Below are positions 29,584-38,974 of a stretch of 64,000 nucleotides of DNA, piece after piece. The stretch's first letter is position 1, and each line of letters opens with the position of its first letter. A model generated the notes under the pieces. The model was not told where the DNA came from and made no database searches. It saw nothing but the letters and a program-made list of their open reading frames with translations. Made by a program: the position numbers and the translations under genes. This DNA comes from an uncultured bacterium (GTDB lineage Bacteria; Patescibacteriota; Minisyncoccia; UBA6257; GWB1-50-10), in the NCBI GenBank assembly GCA_963713955.1, contig OY970216.1, forward strand, positions 442,252 through 506,251, read 5' to 3'.

Positions 29584-29721
29584 ATATTTCTACTCGCGTT
29601 AGTTCGAATCCAGTCGGGTGAAAAGAGAACACCAATCCGAATTCTAAAAAGGTCACGGGTCTCGGATTAGAACTGATATTCAAAAAAGATAGAATTTAAG
29701 GCTCTCCGGTCTCGCTCCCTC

Positions 29722-29779
29722 CTTCGCTAAAGCTTCGGACGGGCACAGCGATACTGCGCTGACTGTGGCTGCCGGGCTT
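29722..29779. repeat. 58-bp direct repeat (family F4 copy b) overlapping the last 14 nt of tRNA-Gln
   Basis: see 26846-26903. Confidence 0.65.
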
Positions 29780-29839
29780 GGATTCGAACCAAGATACTGG
29801 GCTCCAAAGGCCCATGTCCTACCGTTAGACGACCCGGCA
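29766..29839 (-). tRNA. tRNA-Gln (anticodon TTG), CCA encoded
   Basis: manual fold: acceptor TGCCGGG/CCCGGCA, anticodon loop CTTTGGA, T-loop TTCGAAT. Confidence 0.8.
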
Positions 29840-29884
29840 ATAAAAACTTTTCATAATGGTATAATGGAGTAAACTAAATATCAA

Positions 29885-30571
29885 ATGAATCAGATTCTAC
29901 TTTCAATCTTTCTAAGTCCAGCTTTGAATTACATTCCTGAGATATTTTTCGGGCTGCTGATTTTATTCGCCGGAATACGGTATTACGCGAGGCTCAGGAG
30001 AGGGGACCTGGAAGGAATCAAGACAAGCCGATTCTTCGGGAAGCTCATTCTCGTCGCGATCGGCTTCAAAACCCTCTACGCGGCGCTTCTGACGTGGGGA
30101 CAATACGTTATCTGGAAATCGAGTACATTGGCATCGGCGCTCCTTTCGGAAGCGGTCGTGAAAGACAAAGCTGGCATTGCGGGAGCGTTTCCCAAACTTT
30201 TCGACGAGAAGGGCGGTTATTTCCTTTACTACTCCTTGAGCCACTTCTGGCTCGAATTCGGAATAACGCTCGTTCTCGGCCTGGCTTTCTATCTTCTCCT
30301 TATGTCGTTTCAAAAGAAGAACCCGCGGTTTCTCACGTTGGCTGATGCAAGGCTCGGACTTCTGGGCGGAATCACAGCTGGCTGGCCTGGCTTCGTCGTG
30401 TACCTTTTCGGCTTCGCCCTGATCTTTCTCCTCTATGGTCTTGTGAGGAAATTGGTACTGAAAGAAGAATACACCCCTATTACAGAGCCGCTTTTCATCG
30501 CGGCCTTCCTCGCCGCCGCCTTCGGCTTCTGGATTATAAACTTCTTGGGACTGTCAGCTCTAAGGATTTAG
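29885..30571 (+). CDS. polytopic membrane protein, possible A24 prepilin-peptidase-like
   Basis: LADARLGLLGGITAGW resembles the GDFKLLAALGAW catalytic-Asp region; weak. Confidence 0.35.
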   Translation: MNQILLSIFLSPALNYIPEIFFGLLILFAGIRYYARLRRGDLEGIKTSRFFGKLILVAIGFKTLYAALLTWGQYVIWKSSTLASALLSEAVVKDKAGIAGAFPKLFDEKGGYFLYYSLSHFWLEFGITLVLGLAFYLLLMSFQKKNPRFLTLADARLGLLGGITAGWPGFVVYLFGFALIFLLYGLVRKLVLKEEYTPITEPLFIAAFLAAAFGFWIINFLGLSALRI

Positions 30572-30584
30572 AAATCGCACTAAA

Positions 30585-30665
30585 GCTGACTCGGCAAGCC
30601 GAAAAAGTGTGCGCTCCGAGCCGCTAGGCCAAGTCTTACCCACTTTTTCGTCTCACCGAGTCAGC
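30585..30665. repeat. structured palindromic repeat, family F1 copy B, between convergent genes (overlaps dnaX stop)
   Basis: outer stem gctgactcgg/ccgagtcagc, inner stem AGCC-gcta-GGC covaries with copies A and C. Confidence 0.7.
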
Positions 30666-31786
30666 TATTTGCTATTAATTCCCTGGAGCCCTTCCACAAT
30701 TGCTACCTCGAGAGGAATCCTCGGGAACTGGCTGTAGCGCATTTCGCCGTAGGCATTGATGAGCACCTTGATAAGCCCCACGTGAGCTTGCTTGAAGTTT
30801 TTGGACTGGGCGACGAGTTTCTGAAGATGTTCCGGCATCATTTCTTTTTTGAAAACATTTTCCATGGGAGGGCTCGCCCGGAGGACGAGGATTCTCCGGA
30901 GGTATTGGATCACGTCCCGCAAAAACTGGCTCAAGCTGAACCCGCCGTCGGCTATCTCTGAGACGAACTTCAAAGCGCTCGCTTCGTCTCCCTTTACCAA
31001 AAACTCCGTAAACTTATCTATTTTGTCGAAATTAATTTTCCCGACGGCTTTCTCAATTTCCTCAACTTCTATGCTCTTGTCGCCGAGCGAAATCATCTGG
31101 TCGAGAAGCGACTCGGAATCCCGGAAACTGCCTTCCGCGTAGTCAGCGATGAGATCCAGGGCTTCATCGGAGATTTTCACTTTCTCCTCCTTCGTGATCT
31201 TCGTGAGCTTTTTCACGATTTCCTCGCGGGGGACGAGCTTGAAATAAAATTTCTGGGCGCGGGAAGCGATGGTCGCGGGGACTTTCTCTATTTCGGTCGT
31301 CGCGAGAATGATGATGATGTACGCCGGCGGCTCCTCCAGGGTTTTCAAAAGCGCGTTCCAGGCGTCCTTCGTCAACATGTGCGCTTCGTCGATGATGTAA
31401 ACTTTGAATCTCGCGGAAGCCGGAGCGGTCCGTATGGATTCCTTGAGATTCCGTATCTCGTCCACGCCGCGGTTCGACGCGCCGTCGATTTCGAGAACGT
31501 CGAGCGTTTTCCCCTCGTCTATCCCGAGACATGTGGGGCAGGCGTTGCACGGCTCTCCTTTTTTCTTGAATTCCGGGTCCTTCGCCCGCTTCTCGCAGTT
31601 CGCGATTTTCGCGATGAGCCTCGCCGACGTGGTCTTCCCCGTGCCGCGGGGGCCGGAGAAGATATAGGCGTGCGAAAGCCGGTCCTGCCGGGCTTCTTCC
31701 TTCAGGATTTTCACGATAGTCTCCTGGCCCAAGAGATCCTCGAATGTAGCTGGCCGGTATTTTCTATATATGGCGAGGTGGGGCAT
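30665..31786 (-). CDS. dnaX: DNA polymerase III subunit gamma/tau (short form)
   Basis: Walker A GPRGTGKTT, zinc module CNACPTC, clamp-loader motifs. Confidence 0.9.
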   Translation of the reverse strand: MPHLAIYRKYRPATFEDLLGQETIVKILKEEARQDRLSHAYIFSGPRGTGKTTSARLIAKIANCEKRAKDPEFKKKGEPCNACPTCLGIDEGKTLDVLEIDGASNRGVDEIRNLKESIRTAPASARFKVYIIDEAHMLTKDAWNALLKTLEEPPAYIIIILATTEIEKVPATIASRAQKFYFKLVPREEIVKKLTKITKEEKVKISDEALDLIADYAEGSFRDSESLLDQMISLGDKSIEVEEIEKAVGKINFDKIDKFTEFLVKGDEASALKFVSEIADGGFSLSQFLRDVIQYLRRILVLRASPPMENVFKKEMMPEHLQKLVAQSKNFKQAHVGLIKVLINAYGEMRYSQFPRIPLEVAIVEGLQGINSK

Positions 31787-31851
31787 GGATTAATTATACA
31801 AGGGATTAGGGTCTAGGGGTAGAGTATTTTATAATTAATCTGTGGGCCAAA

Positions 31852-32391
31852 ATGGCGATAATCTTGATACTTGTCGTTTTAATAACGGCGGGGTTCGTGC
31901 TACTATTTGAAGGAAGAGAAAACGATCTTGGGAACATGGGAAATCTAACGCTCAAAAGCTCGGCTTTCAAAGAAGGGGACACGATCCCGAGGAAATTCAC
32001 CTGCGATGGCGAGAACGTGAATCCGCTCTTGGAAATAAAGGATACGCCGACCGGCACGAAAAGCTTTGTCCTCATCGTGGACGATCCGGATGCCACGAAC
32101 GGCAAGACGTGGGACCATTGGGTCATGTGGAACATTGATCCGAAAACTCAGTACATCATGGAGGACAATCTGCCGTCGGGCGCCGTGCAAGGCATAAACA
32201 GCTGGAACAAAAATAAATACGGCGGACCGTGCCCGCCCCAGGGTGCGAAGCCGCACCGGTACATGTTCAAACTCTACGCACTCGATGCGGCGCTTGATCT
32301 TGCAACTTCTTCGACGGCAGCCGACGTGGAACGAGCGATGGCGAACCATGTTATCGAAAAAACAACCCTCATGGGGCTTTACGGGAGATAA
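31852..32391 (+). CDS. YbhB/YbcL (PEBP/Raf-kinase-inhibitor-like) family protein
   Basis: DDPDA...W.HW...GPCPPQG..HRY motifs. Confidence 0.8.
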   Translation: MAIILILVVLITAGFVLLFEGRENDLGNMGNLTLKSSAFKEGDTIPRKFTCDGENVNPLLEIKDTPTGTKSFVLIVDDPDATNGKTWDHWVMWNIDPKTQYIMEDNLPSGAVQGINSWNKNKYGGPCPPQGAKPHRYMFKLYALDAALDLATSSTAADVERAMANHVIEKTTLMGLYGR

Positions 32392-32422
32392 GTACCTCTG
32401 GACGCTCCACTCCCAGTTCAAG

Positions 32423-32749
32423 ATGAAATATTACGGGATTGCGGAATCCCGCGTGAAGCGCATCATCCGGTTCCCGACTCGATATGAAGAAGGGATCGTG
32501 CCGAATACCGTCGCCGTCATGCAGCCCGCCGGGACTAAGCGGTACTCGGAGATATGGGTGATGTATTCGCTTACGCGCGCCGACCAAGGCGGAAAATCAC
32601 GCGGACCAACGCGGAAACCATATTGGCCGGACAGAACCGGTTCTGGAAAGGCACTAAAAATAATAACGGTTTGGAGATACCCGGGCGTGAGTCCGAAGCG
32701 CGACCCGATACCGACCGAAGTTTTGAACGAAATAAAAAATCTACTGTGA
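32423..32749 (+). CDS. hypothetical protein (start uncertain; ORF track 32243 overlaps upstream gene)
   Basis: ORF only. Confidence 0.35.
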   Translation: MKYYGIAESRVKRIIRFPTRYEEGIVPNTVAVMQPAGTKRYSEIWVMYSLTRADQGGKSRGPTRKPYWPDRTGSGKALKIITVWRYPGVSPKRDPIPTEVLNEIKNLL

Positions 32750-32792
32750 TTTAAACGGAGGTGGTACAACCTGTTAGACCACCCTATGAAAA

Positions 32793-33332
32793 ATGAGAAA
32801 AATTCTCGACAGAAAGTTTTTTGAACAACCGACGCTTACGGTGGCGAGGGAACTTCTCGGGAAGTACCTGGTAAGAAAATGCCCTTCGACAAGCTCAGGG
32901 CGACGCTCGCGCGTCGTCACGGGGATGATAACTGAGGTCGAAGCATACGATGGATCAAATGATTTGGCTTCGCATGCTTCGCGGGGTCTCACGCCCCGGA
33001 CGAAGATCATGTTCGGTCCGGCGGGGCATTGGTACGTGTATTTTACGTACGGTATGCACTGGATGCTGAATATAGTGACAGGAAAAGTAGGTTATCCGGC
33101 AGCTGTTTTAATACGTGCCATGGAAGGAGTAAACGGACCAGCACGGATTACTAAATTTTTCAAAATCGACAAGAAATTCAACGGGAAGCCGGCCGACCGG
33201 CGAACTGGTCTCTGGATCGAGGATCGAGGCGTCAAAATCAGAGAATCCCGCGTAAAGAGAACTTCGCGTATCGGCGTCGATTACGCGGGTCCGGTCTGGT
33301 CGAAGAAAAAGTATCGATTCATGTTAAAATAA
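32793..33332 (+). CDS. DNA-3-methyladenine glycosylase (Mpg/AAG family)
   Basis: EVEAYDG...GPAGHWYVYFTYGMHWMLNIV motif block. Confidence 0.8.
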   Translation: MRKILDRKFFEQPTLTVARELLGKYLVRKCPSTSSGRRSRVVTGMITEVEAYDGSNDLASHASRGLTPRTKIMFGPAGHWYVYFTYGMHWMLNIVTGKVGYPAAVLIRAMEGVNGPARITKFFKIDKKFNGKPADRRTGLWIEDRGVKIRESRVKRTSRIGVDYAGPVWSKKKYRFMLK

Positions 33333-33345
33333 GAAAACCATACCC

Positions 33346-33906
33346 ATGCATCAAGAAGTTGAGATCAAAGCAAAAATCGAAGATCCCAAAGGTGTCGAGA
33401 GGAAACTGAGGAGGATTGGGAAATTCACGAGAGTGCGGAAGCAGGTTGATGAATACTTTGTTCCTCCCCAACAGGACTTTTTCAAGAAGAATCCTCCGAT
33501 CGAATATCTCCGCGTGAGATACGAAGGGGAGCGGAGCCACTTGAACTATTCTTTCCTGCATTTCAGGAAGGATGGATGGCTTGCCGTGACGGACGAATAC
33601 GAAACACTTGTCCAAAATCCGAGAACGGTTGGAGAGGTTTTGAAGAAAATAGGGATGATTCACAAAGTCACAGTCGAAAAGACCCGCAAGTATTTCGACT
33701 GCGGAAAGTTCGAGGTAGTATTGGACGAAGTGAGAAACTTAGGGAGCTTCGTTGAGGTTGAAGCGAAGAAAGTTTTCGGAAGCCTCGCCGAAACGAGAAA
33801 AGCTTGTATGGATTTTCTTGAAAACCTTAAAATCAAGTACGAAATGAATAATGACATGGGCTATCCCCGAATGCTCTACAAAAAACTGAAAAGCAGGAAC
33901 AGGTAA
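33346..33906 (+). CDS. CYTH-domain protein (class IV adenylate cyclase / triphosphatase-like)
   Basis: EVEIKAKI N-terminal and FVEVEAK C-terminal CYTH signatures. Confidence 0.65.
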   Translation: MHQEVEIKAKIEDPKGVERKLRRIGKFTRVRKQVDEYFVPPQQDFFKKNPPIEYLRVRYEGERSHLNYSFLHFRKDGWLAVTDEYETLVQNPRTVGEVLKKIGMIHKVTVEKTRKYFDCGKFEVVLDEVRNLGSFVEVEAKKVFGSLAETRKACMDFLENLKIKYEMNNDMGYPRMLYKKLKSRNR

Positions 33907-34021
33907 TGTTGGGGTGTTGTTGGATAACCTGGAAGACTTGTCAAACTAAAAAATTAATGTTATAAATAGCACCACAGTTTAGTTCGTTCACATTCAAATT
34001 TAAAAAAAGAAGGAGGTTCTC

Positions 34022-34639
34022 TTGAGCCTAAGTCTGATCTGGAAAGAAAAAACACCGCGAGAACGTGTGGTGATTGTTGCTGGAATGATAGCGGCGCTTA
34101 TCATGATCGTTCAGGCCTCCGTATATATCTGGCGTACGGGTTATGGCAGCGCACGACCAGTGTTCACGACATGGGTTTTGTTTTTCGTTGCCTCAAGTCT
34201 GAGCTTCTGGACATACCGATCCTCCAAGAAGCACAGCCTTATTGGCAACGTCGCCAATCTGGCAGATATGTTCATTTGCGGGGCAATTGTCATCGGTATC
34301 CTGATTTTCAGAAGTCATAATCTTCTCGGGAACCGGCTCGATGTTTATTGCATAGTTATCTCAGGAATAATTCTTCTTTTCTGGAGAATAACTGAGCATC
34401 ATGATTTGGCGAACATTCTATTGCAAATCGTCATGGCAACCGCTTACCTGCCGACGTTTGCCAAATTATGGTATGCAACGCAAAATACCGAGCCATTAGT
34501 GGTTTGGATCATGTCGTGGTTCGTGTCCGTCCTAGCCTTAATTCCAGCAATAGACAAGAAAGAGAAACTATCGATTGTCTATGCCACGCGAGGTTTAATT
34601 CTCGTATCAGTCGTTATTTGGCTGATTCTGAGGATTTAA
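34022..34639 (+). CDS. multi-pass membrane protein of unknown function
   Basis: hydrophobic profile; terminator hairpin 34642-34675 follows. Confidence 0.5.
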   Translation: MSLSLIWKEKTPRERVVIVAGMIAALIMIVQASVYIWRTGYGSARPVFTTWVLFFVASSLSFWTYRSSKKHSLIGNVANLADMFICGAIVIGILIFRSHNLLGNRLDVYCIVISGIILLFWRITEHHDLANILLQIVMATAYLPTFAKLWYATQNTEPLVVWIMSWFVSVLALIPAIDKKEKLSIVYATRGLILVSVVIWLILRI

Positions 34640-34702
34640 TAGGTCGTCTCTTAAAAAATGAGACGACCTTTTCCCTTTTCGGTATGTTATAATAAAGTGG
34701 AA

Positions 34703-35887
34703 ATGTCCATCCATTCTCGTTCTTCCTTCACCCTGATCGAGCTCCTGGTAGTCATCGCCATCCTTGCCGTCCTTGCAACCGCCGTCGTCTTGGTCTTGAA
34801 TCCCGCCCAGCTCTTAGCTCAAGGAAGAGATTCAACCAGGCTCTCTGATCTCTCTGCCTTGAATAGTGCCCTCTCCCTCTTCCAGGCAGATCAATATACC
34901 CAGTCCTTAGGGACTCCAAATACCCTCTACGTATCAGTTCCCGATACCACATCCACCTGTGCCAATCTGGGACTGTCTTCTCCTCCTATAGGATGGGCCT
35001 ATCACTGTGTTCCAAGCTCTTCCTCAACAAGAGTAGACGGAACAGGCTGGATTCCCGTGAATCTTACCCTCCTATCATCAGGATCCCCTTTATCCAAGCT
35101 CCCGATAGACCCTACGAATACCACTAGTTCTGGACTCTACTATACCTACGTATCAGGAGGCTCCTATGCCTTATCCAGTGCCTTGGAATCACAGAAATAC
35201 CTTGTATCCACCGCATCCCAAGACCAAGGCTATGATCCTGGGAGGTATGAGATCGGTTCTGACCTATCCCTTATTGGAAGGAGTGAAGGATTAGTAGGAT
35301 GGTGGCCCCTGGATGGAGACCCGGGGGACAGGAGTGGGAACGGGAACAATGGGACGTGGTATGGATCCATGATCGGAGGTTCTTACTATACGGGAGGGAA
35401 GATCAACCAGGCTGGGAACTTTAATGGGACGGATGATTATGTGAATGTTCCAACGAGCCCGTTATTACATCCCTTGAGCTACGTTACGGTTTCTGCCTGG
35501 GTAAATATGACATCGTCAACTGGCCCATTTGATGGAATCACTACTGATAACGGCAACGACTACTATTTGCAAGCACAATGGCCCAAGTGGCGTTTCTATG
35601 TCATTAACACCTCTAGTGTATATAAAGATGTCTTTTCGATAAATAACATTACGACTGGGCAGTGGTATTTTTTAACCGGTGTCTACGACGGATCGAACGT
35701 TTCCCTATATGTCAATGGCGTTCTACAAGCACAAAATCCTCAAACAGGGAACATACAAAATTCGGCCGGAAACATAACAATATCAACGGGTGGACGTCAT
35801 TTTTATGGAACGATCGACGACGTCCGCATCTACAACCGAGCATTGTCCGCGGCAGAGATTCAGGCGATTTATAATGCACAAAAGTAG
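34703..35887 (+). CDS. type IV pilin-like protein with C-terminal LamG/concanavalin-A-like lectin domain; paralog 2 of 3 (ORF track start 34658; probable ATG 34703)
   Basis: FTLIELLVVIAILAVLA prepilin motif; C-terminus ...DDVRIYNRALSAAEIQAIYNAQK typical of LamG_3 jelly-roll domains. Confidence 0.85.
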   Translation: MSIHSRSSFTLIELLVVIAILAVLATAVVLVLNPAQLLAQGRDSTRLSDLSALNSALSLFQADQYTQSLGTPNTLYVSVPDTTSTCANLGLSSPPIGWAYHCVPSSSSTRVDGTGWIPVNLTLLSSGSPLSKLPIDPTNTTSSGLYYTYVSGGSYALSSALESQKYLVSTASQDQGYDPGRYEIGSDLSLIGRSEGLVGWWPLDGDPGDRSGNGNNGTWYGSMIGGSYYTGGKINQAGNFNGTDDYVNVPTSPLLHPLSYVTVSAWVNMTSSTGPFDGITTDNGNDYYLQAQWPKWRFYVINTSSVYKDVFSINNITTGQWYFLTGVYDGSNVSLYVNGVLQAQNPQTGNIQNSAGNITISTGGRHFYGTIDDVRIYNRALSAAEIQAIYNAQK

Positions 35888-35900
35888 GGGATAAACCAGT

Positions 35901-37670
35901 ATGGCGAAAGAGAAAAAGCCTTCCACGTTGAAAAGGGTCATAGCGCTCTTGAAGGACCGGAAGAAAACGGTTTTGTTTTTGTTCGCCCTGATTGTCATTT
36001 CGCAGGGAGCCAACATCGTGGTGCCGTTCATCTTGCGGTTCCTCATCGACACTCTGACCGCTTACATCAAGGGCAGCGGTCCCTTGTCTTGGATCTCCCT
36101 CATCTATCCAGCGCTCGGGATACTCGTCGCGACCGTCGTCAGCAGTGCTCTCCAGTCAAGCTATAACTACCATCTTTTCAAACTTGTCACGAAGGTTGAA
36201 GACCGGATGCGGAGCATGGCGTTCGAAAAATACCTGGAACTCCATGCGCTTTTCCATCACGGATCCTCGAGCGGGCAGATCATCGGGCGCATCGAACGCG
36301 GGGGACTCGCCGTTTACGCCATTCTGAATGACATCATCGGTCAGAACCTTCTGCCGCCCCTCGTCGTTTTCGTGGGATCGTTCGCGGCTCTTCTCTACCA
36401 GAACTATTGGATCGGTCTCGCGGTTCTCATGCCGTTTCCGGTGTATTTCTTGGTAACGCGGAAACTCTCCAATCGGATTTACGAAATCGAGCAAAAAGCG
36501 AACGATGCCTTCGAAGATGTATCGAAAGAGCTCTACGACGTGGCCGGCAACGTTCTCACGGTGAAAAAATTCTCGGAGGAAAAGGCGGAAACCGAGAGCA
36601 ACAGGCGCCTCATGGGCGAAGCGCGTGACATCCAGTATGGCGCCGAGCGTCTGTGGGGGATTGTCGAGAACGTCCAGACTGCTATCGCGACCGTCGGGCG
36701 CGTAGCCGTTCTCATGCTGAGCGGCTGGTTCGTCTTGAATGGCACGGCAACCATCGGCGAGTTCGTTCTCTACGTCACGCTCCAAAATATGGCCTACGCA
36801 CCGCTTTCGCAGCTTTCGATCATCTTCCCGCGCCTGCGGAGGAACATCACCCGCGTCGACCGTCTTTTCATGATTCTCGATGAGTCGGTCGCCGTGAAAG
36901 ACAAGCCAGGCGCGATCGATTTGCCGCCGCTCCAAAAGAAAATCGAGTTCAAAAACGTTTCTTTTGCCTACCGGAGCGGCCGCGAATGGACGCTTAAAGA
37001 TATTAACCTTGCGGTACTCGCCGGCAAGACCATCGCGCTCGTCGGCCGCTCCGGGAGCGGTAAGACAACGTTCATCAACTTGCTGCTTCGTTCATTTGAC
37101 CCACAGAAAGGGAAGATACTCATCGACGGCATTGACGTGAGGGACGTGACGCAGGAAAGCCTCCATCGGCAGATTGCGGTCGTACCGCAGGAGGTTGACC
37201 TGTTCTCGCGGACCGTCTCCGAAAACATAGCATACGGGAGGCCGGACGTGACGAAAACTCAGATCGAAAACGCCGCGAAGACCGCCCTCGCGCATGATTT
37301 CATATTGAAATTGGAAAATGGGTACGGCACGGTGGTCGGCGAGCGGGGGATCAAGCTCTCGGGAGGCGAGCGCCAGCGGATCGGCATCGCCCGGGCGGTT
37401 CTCCGGGACCCGAGGATACTCATCCTCGACGAGGCCACGAGCCATCTCGACACGGAAAGCGAACAGCTCATCGCGAAGGCAACCGACGCGCTCATCAAAA
37501 ACAGGACATCGTTCATCATCGCGCACCGTCTTTCGACCATCCTTCACGCGGACATGATCGTCGTCTTCAAGGATAACCAAATAGAAGCCATGGGTAGACA
37601 CAAAGAGCTTTTGAGAAAGAGTCCGACGTATCGGCGGCTTTATGACTTACAGTTCGGCGAAGAAGAATAA
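35901..37670 (+). CDS. ABC transporter permease/ATP-binding protein (MsbA-like exporter)
   Basis: 6-TM domain plus Walker A GRSGSGKTT, LSGGERQR signature, Walker B ILILDEATS. Confidence 0.9.
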   Translation: MAKEKKPSTLKRVIALLKDRKKTVLFLFALIVISQGANIVVPFILRFLIDTLTAYIKGSGPLSWISLIYPALGILVATVVSSALQSSYNYHLFKLVTKVEDRMRSMAFEKYLELHALFHHGSSSGQIIGRIERGGLAVYAILNDIIGQNLLPPLVVFVGSFAALLYQNYWIGLAVLMPFPVYFLVTRKLSNRIYEIEQKANDAFEDVSKELYDVAGNVLTVKKFSEEKAETESNRRLMGEARDIQYGAERLWGIVENVQTAIATVGRVAVLMLSGWFVLNGTATIGEFVLYVTLQNMAYAPLSQLSIIFPRLRRNITRVDRLFMILDESVAVKDKPGAIDLPPLQKKIEFKNVSFAYRSGREWTLKDINLAVLAGKTIALVGRSGSGKTTFINLLLRSFDPQKGKILIDGIDVRDVTQESLHRQIAVVPQEVDLFSRTVSENIAYGRPDVTKTQIENAAKTALAHDFILKLENGYGTVVGERGIKLSGGERQRIGIARAVLRDPRILILDEATSHLDTESEQLIAKATDALIKNRTSFIIAHRLSTILHADMIVVFKDNQIEAMGRHKELLRKSPTYRRLYDLQFGEEE

Positions 37671-37673
37671 TCC

Positions 37674-38495
37674 ATGTATTCCTATTTCAACGGCACAATC
37701 GTACCTCTCAAAAACGTCAGCGTCGATCCTTACGACCTCGGATTTTTGAGAGGCTATGGAGTTTTCGATTTCATGCGCACGGCGAACGGCAAGCCGTTCC
37801 TCATCCGTGAACATTTCATCCGCCTCGAATGTTCGGCAAAATCATTGGGATTGAAATTGCCTTTCGGAGAAAGCGAATACGAAAAAATCATTGATAGGCT
37901 TTTGAAATTGAACGGTTTCAAGGAATCGACGGTGAGAACCGTCGTGACGGGCGGGATAAGTTCAGACGCTTTCTCGATTGGCAAAGAGACAATCCTCGTT
38001 TTGGTCGAAAAATTCAAGCCACTGCCGCGGGCGGTATACCGAAAAGGCGCGAAGGTGATCACGTTAGACTACCGGAGGCTGAATCCACGCGTAAAAGTCA
38101 CGAACTACATTGAAGCCATCAGAAACCAATCCAGGAAGAGAAAGGCCGGGGCGCTCGAGATCATTTACGTGCATAAGGGGAAGGTTTTTGAGTCTTCCAC
38201 GAGCAACGTGTTTATCGTTAAAAAGAAACAGGTGATAACGCCGAAGGAAGGAGTCTTGTTTGGGATCACGAGATACGCCGTCATGAAACTCGCAAAGAAG
38301 AACGGTCTCGGAATCGCCGAGAGAAGCGTTTCCGAGAAGGAACTCTATTCGGCCGATGAGGTTTTCTTGACGGCAACCAATAAAGGCGTCGTTCCCGTCA
38401 TTTCGGTGGACGGGGAAAAGATTGGCAATGGCAAGCCCGGCGAGGTAACGAAACTCCTCATGAAATTGCTTGACGATTTTATGAGGGCGAGATAG
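37674..38495 (+). CDS. class IV aminotransferase (branched-chain/D-amino-acid aminotransferase or ADC lyase-like)
   Basis: GYGVFDFMR...LIREHFIRL fold-type-IV motifs. Confidence 0.75.
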   Translation: MYSYFNGTIVPLKNVSVDPYDLGFLRGYGVFDFMRTANGKPFLIREHFIRLECSAKSLGLKLPFGESEYEKIIDRLLKLNGFKESTVRTVVTGGISSDAFSIGKETILVLVEKFKPLPRAVYRKGAKVITLDYRRLNPRVKVTNYIEAIRNQSRKRKAGALEIIYVHKGKVFESSTSNVFIVKKKQVITPKEGVLFGITRYAVMKLAKKNGLGIAERSVSEKELYSADEVFLTATNKGVVPVISVDGEKIGNGKPGEVTKLLMKLLDDFMRAR

Positions 38496-38971
38496 ATCTC
38501 GTAGGAAGCGAAGAAAAGGCCGCTGAAGAACAAATCGGAAATGAGGGTATTCCTGAAAAACGGGATTCCCATCGTGTAACTCTCGAAAAGCCCCAAAATC
38601 GTATGGGGATAGAGACCCCCGAAGAGCCACACTGCCGCATTGGTCACGAGGAAAAACAAGATCGAACCGGCGAGCGAAGAAAAAGCGACGCTCCCGACCG
38701 ATTTTATTTTCCTAAAGAAAAAACCGATAAGGCCGATGAGTGCGAAGCTGCCGTAAACGGCGGCCATGATGCCGGGGGCGTAGAATCCCAAGAGAAGATC
38801 GCTCAAAAACATCACGGCGAGCGGGATGACGACAGTGTATTTCTTCATCGGCAAGTAGAATCCCCCGAAAAGCGCCAAAGCTCCCACCGCCGCGAAATTG
38901 GGTGCATGAGGAATGATTCTTAAAACAAAAGCGAGCACCGCGAAAATGATTGTAAAAATAATCGGGCTCAT
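38345..38971 (-). CDS. multi-pass membrane protein (possibly ECF-type substrate-capture component); 3' end overlaps the convergent gene by ~150 nt
   Basis: 5-6 TM helices, IPHAPNFAAVGALALFGG motif. Confidence 0.4.
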   Translation of the reverse strand: MSPIIFTIIFAVLAFVLRIIPHAPNFAAVGALALFGGFYLPMKKYTVVIPLAVMFLSDLLLGFYAPGIMAAVYGSFALIGLIGFFFRKIKSVGSVAFSSLAGSILFFLVTNAAVWLFGGLYPHTILGLFESYTMGIPFFRNTLISDLFFSGLFFASYEIYLALIKSSSNFMRSFVTSPGLPLPIFSPSTEMTGTTPLLVAVKKTSSAE

Positions 38972-38974
38972 TTT

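Noticed and set aside
34703-35887. Diversity-generating retroelement targeting the LamG/pilin genes
   Set aside because: I searched both strands near all three paralogs for a reverse transcriptase (YxDD motif) and template repeat, and found none.
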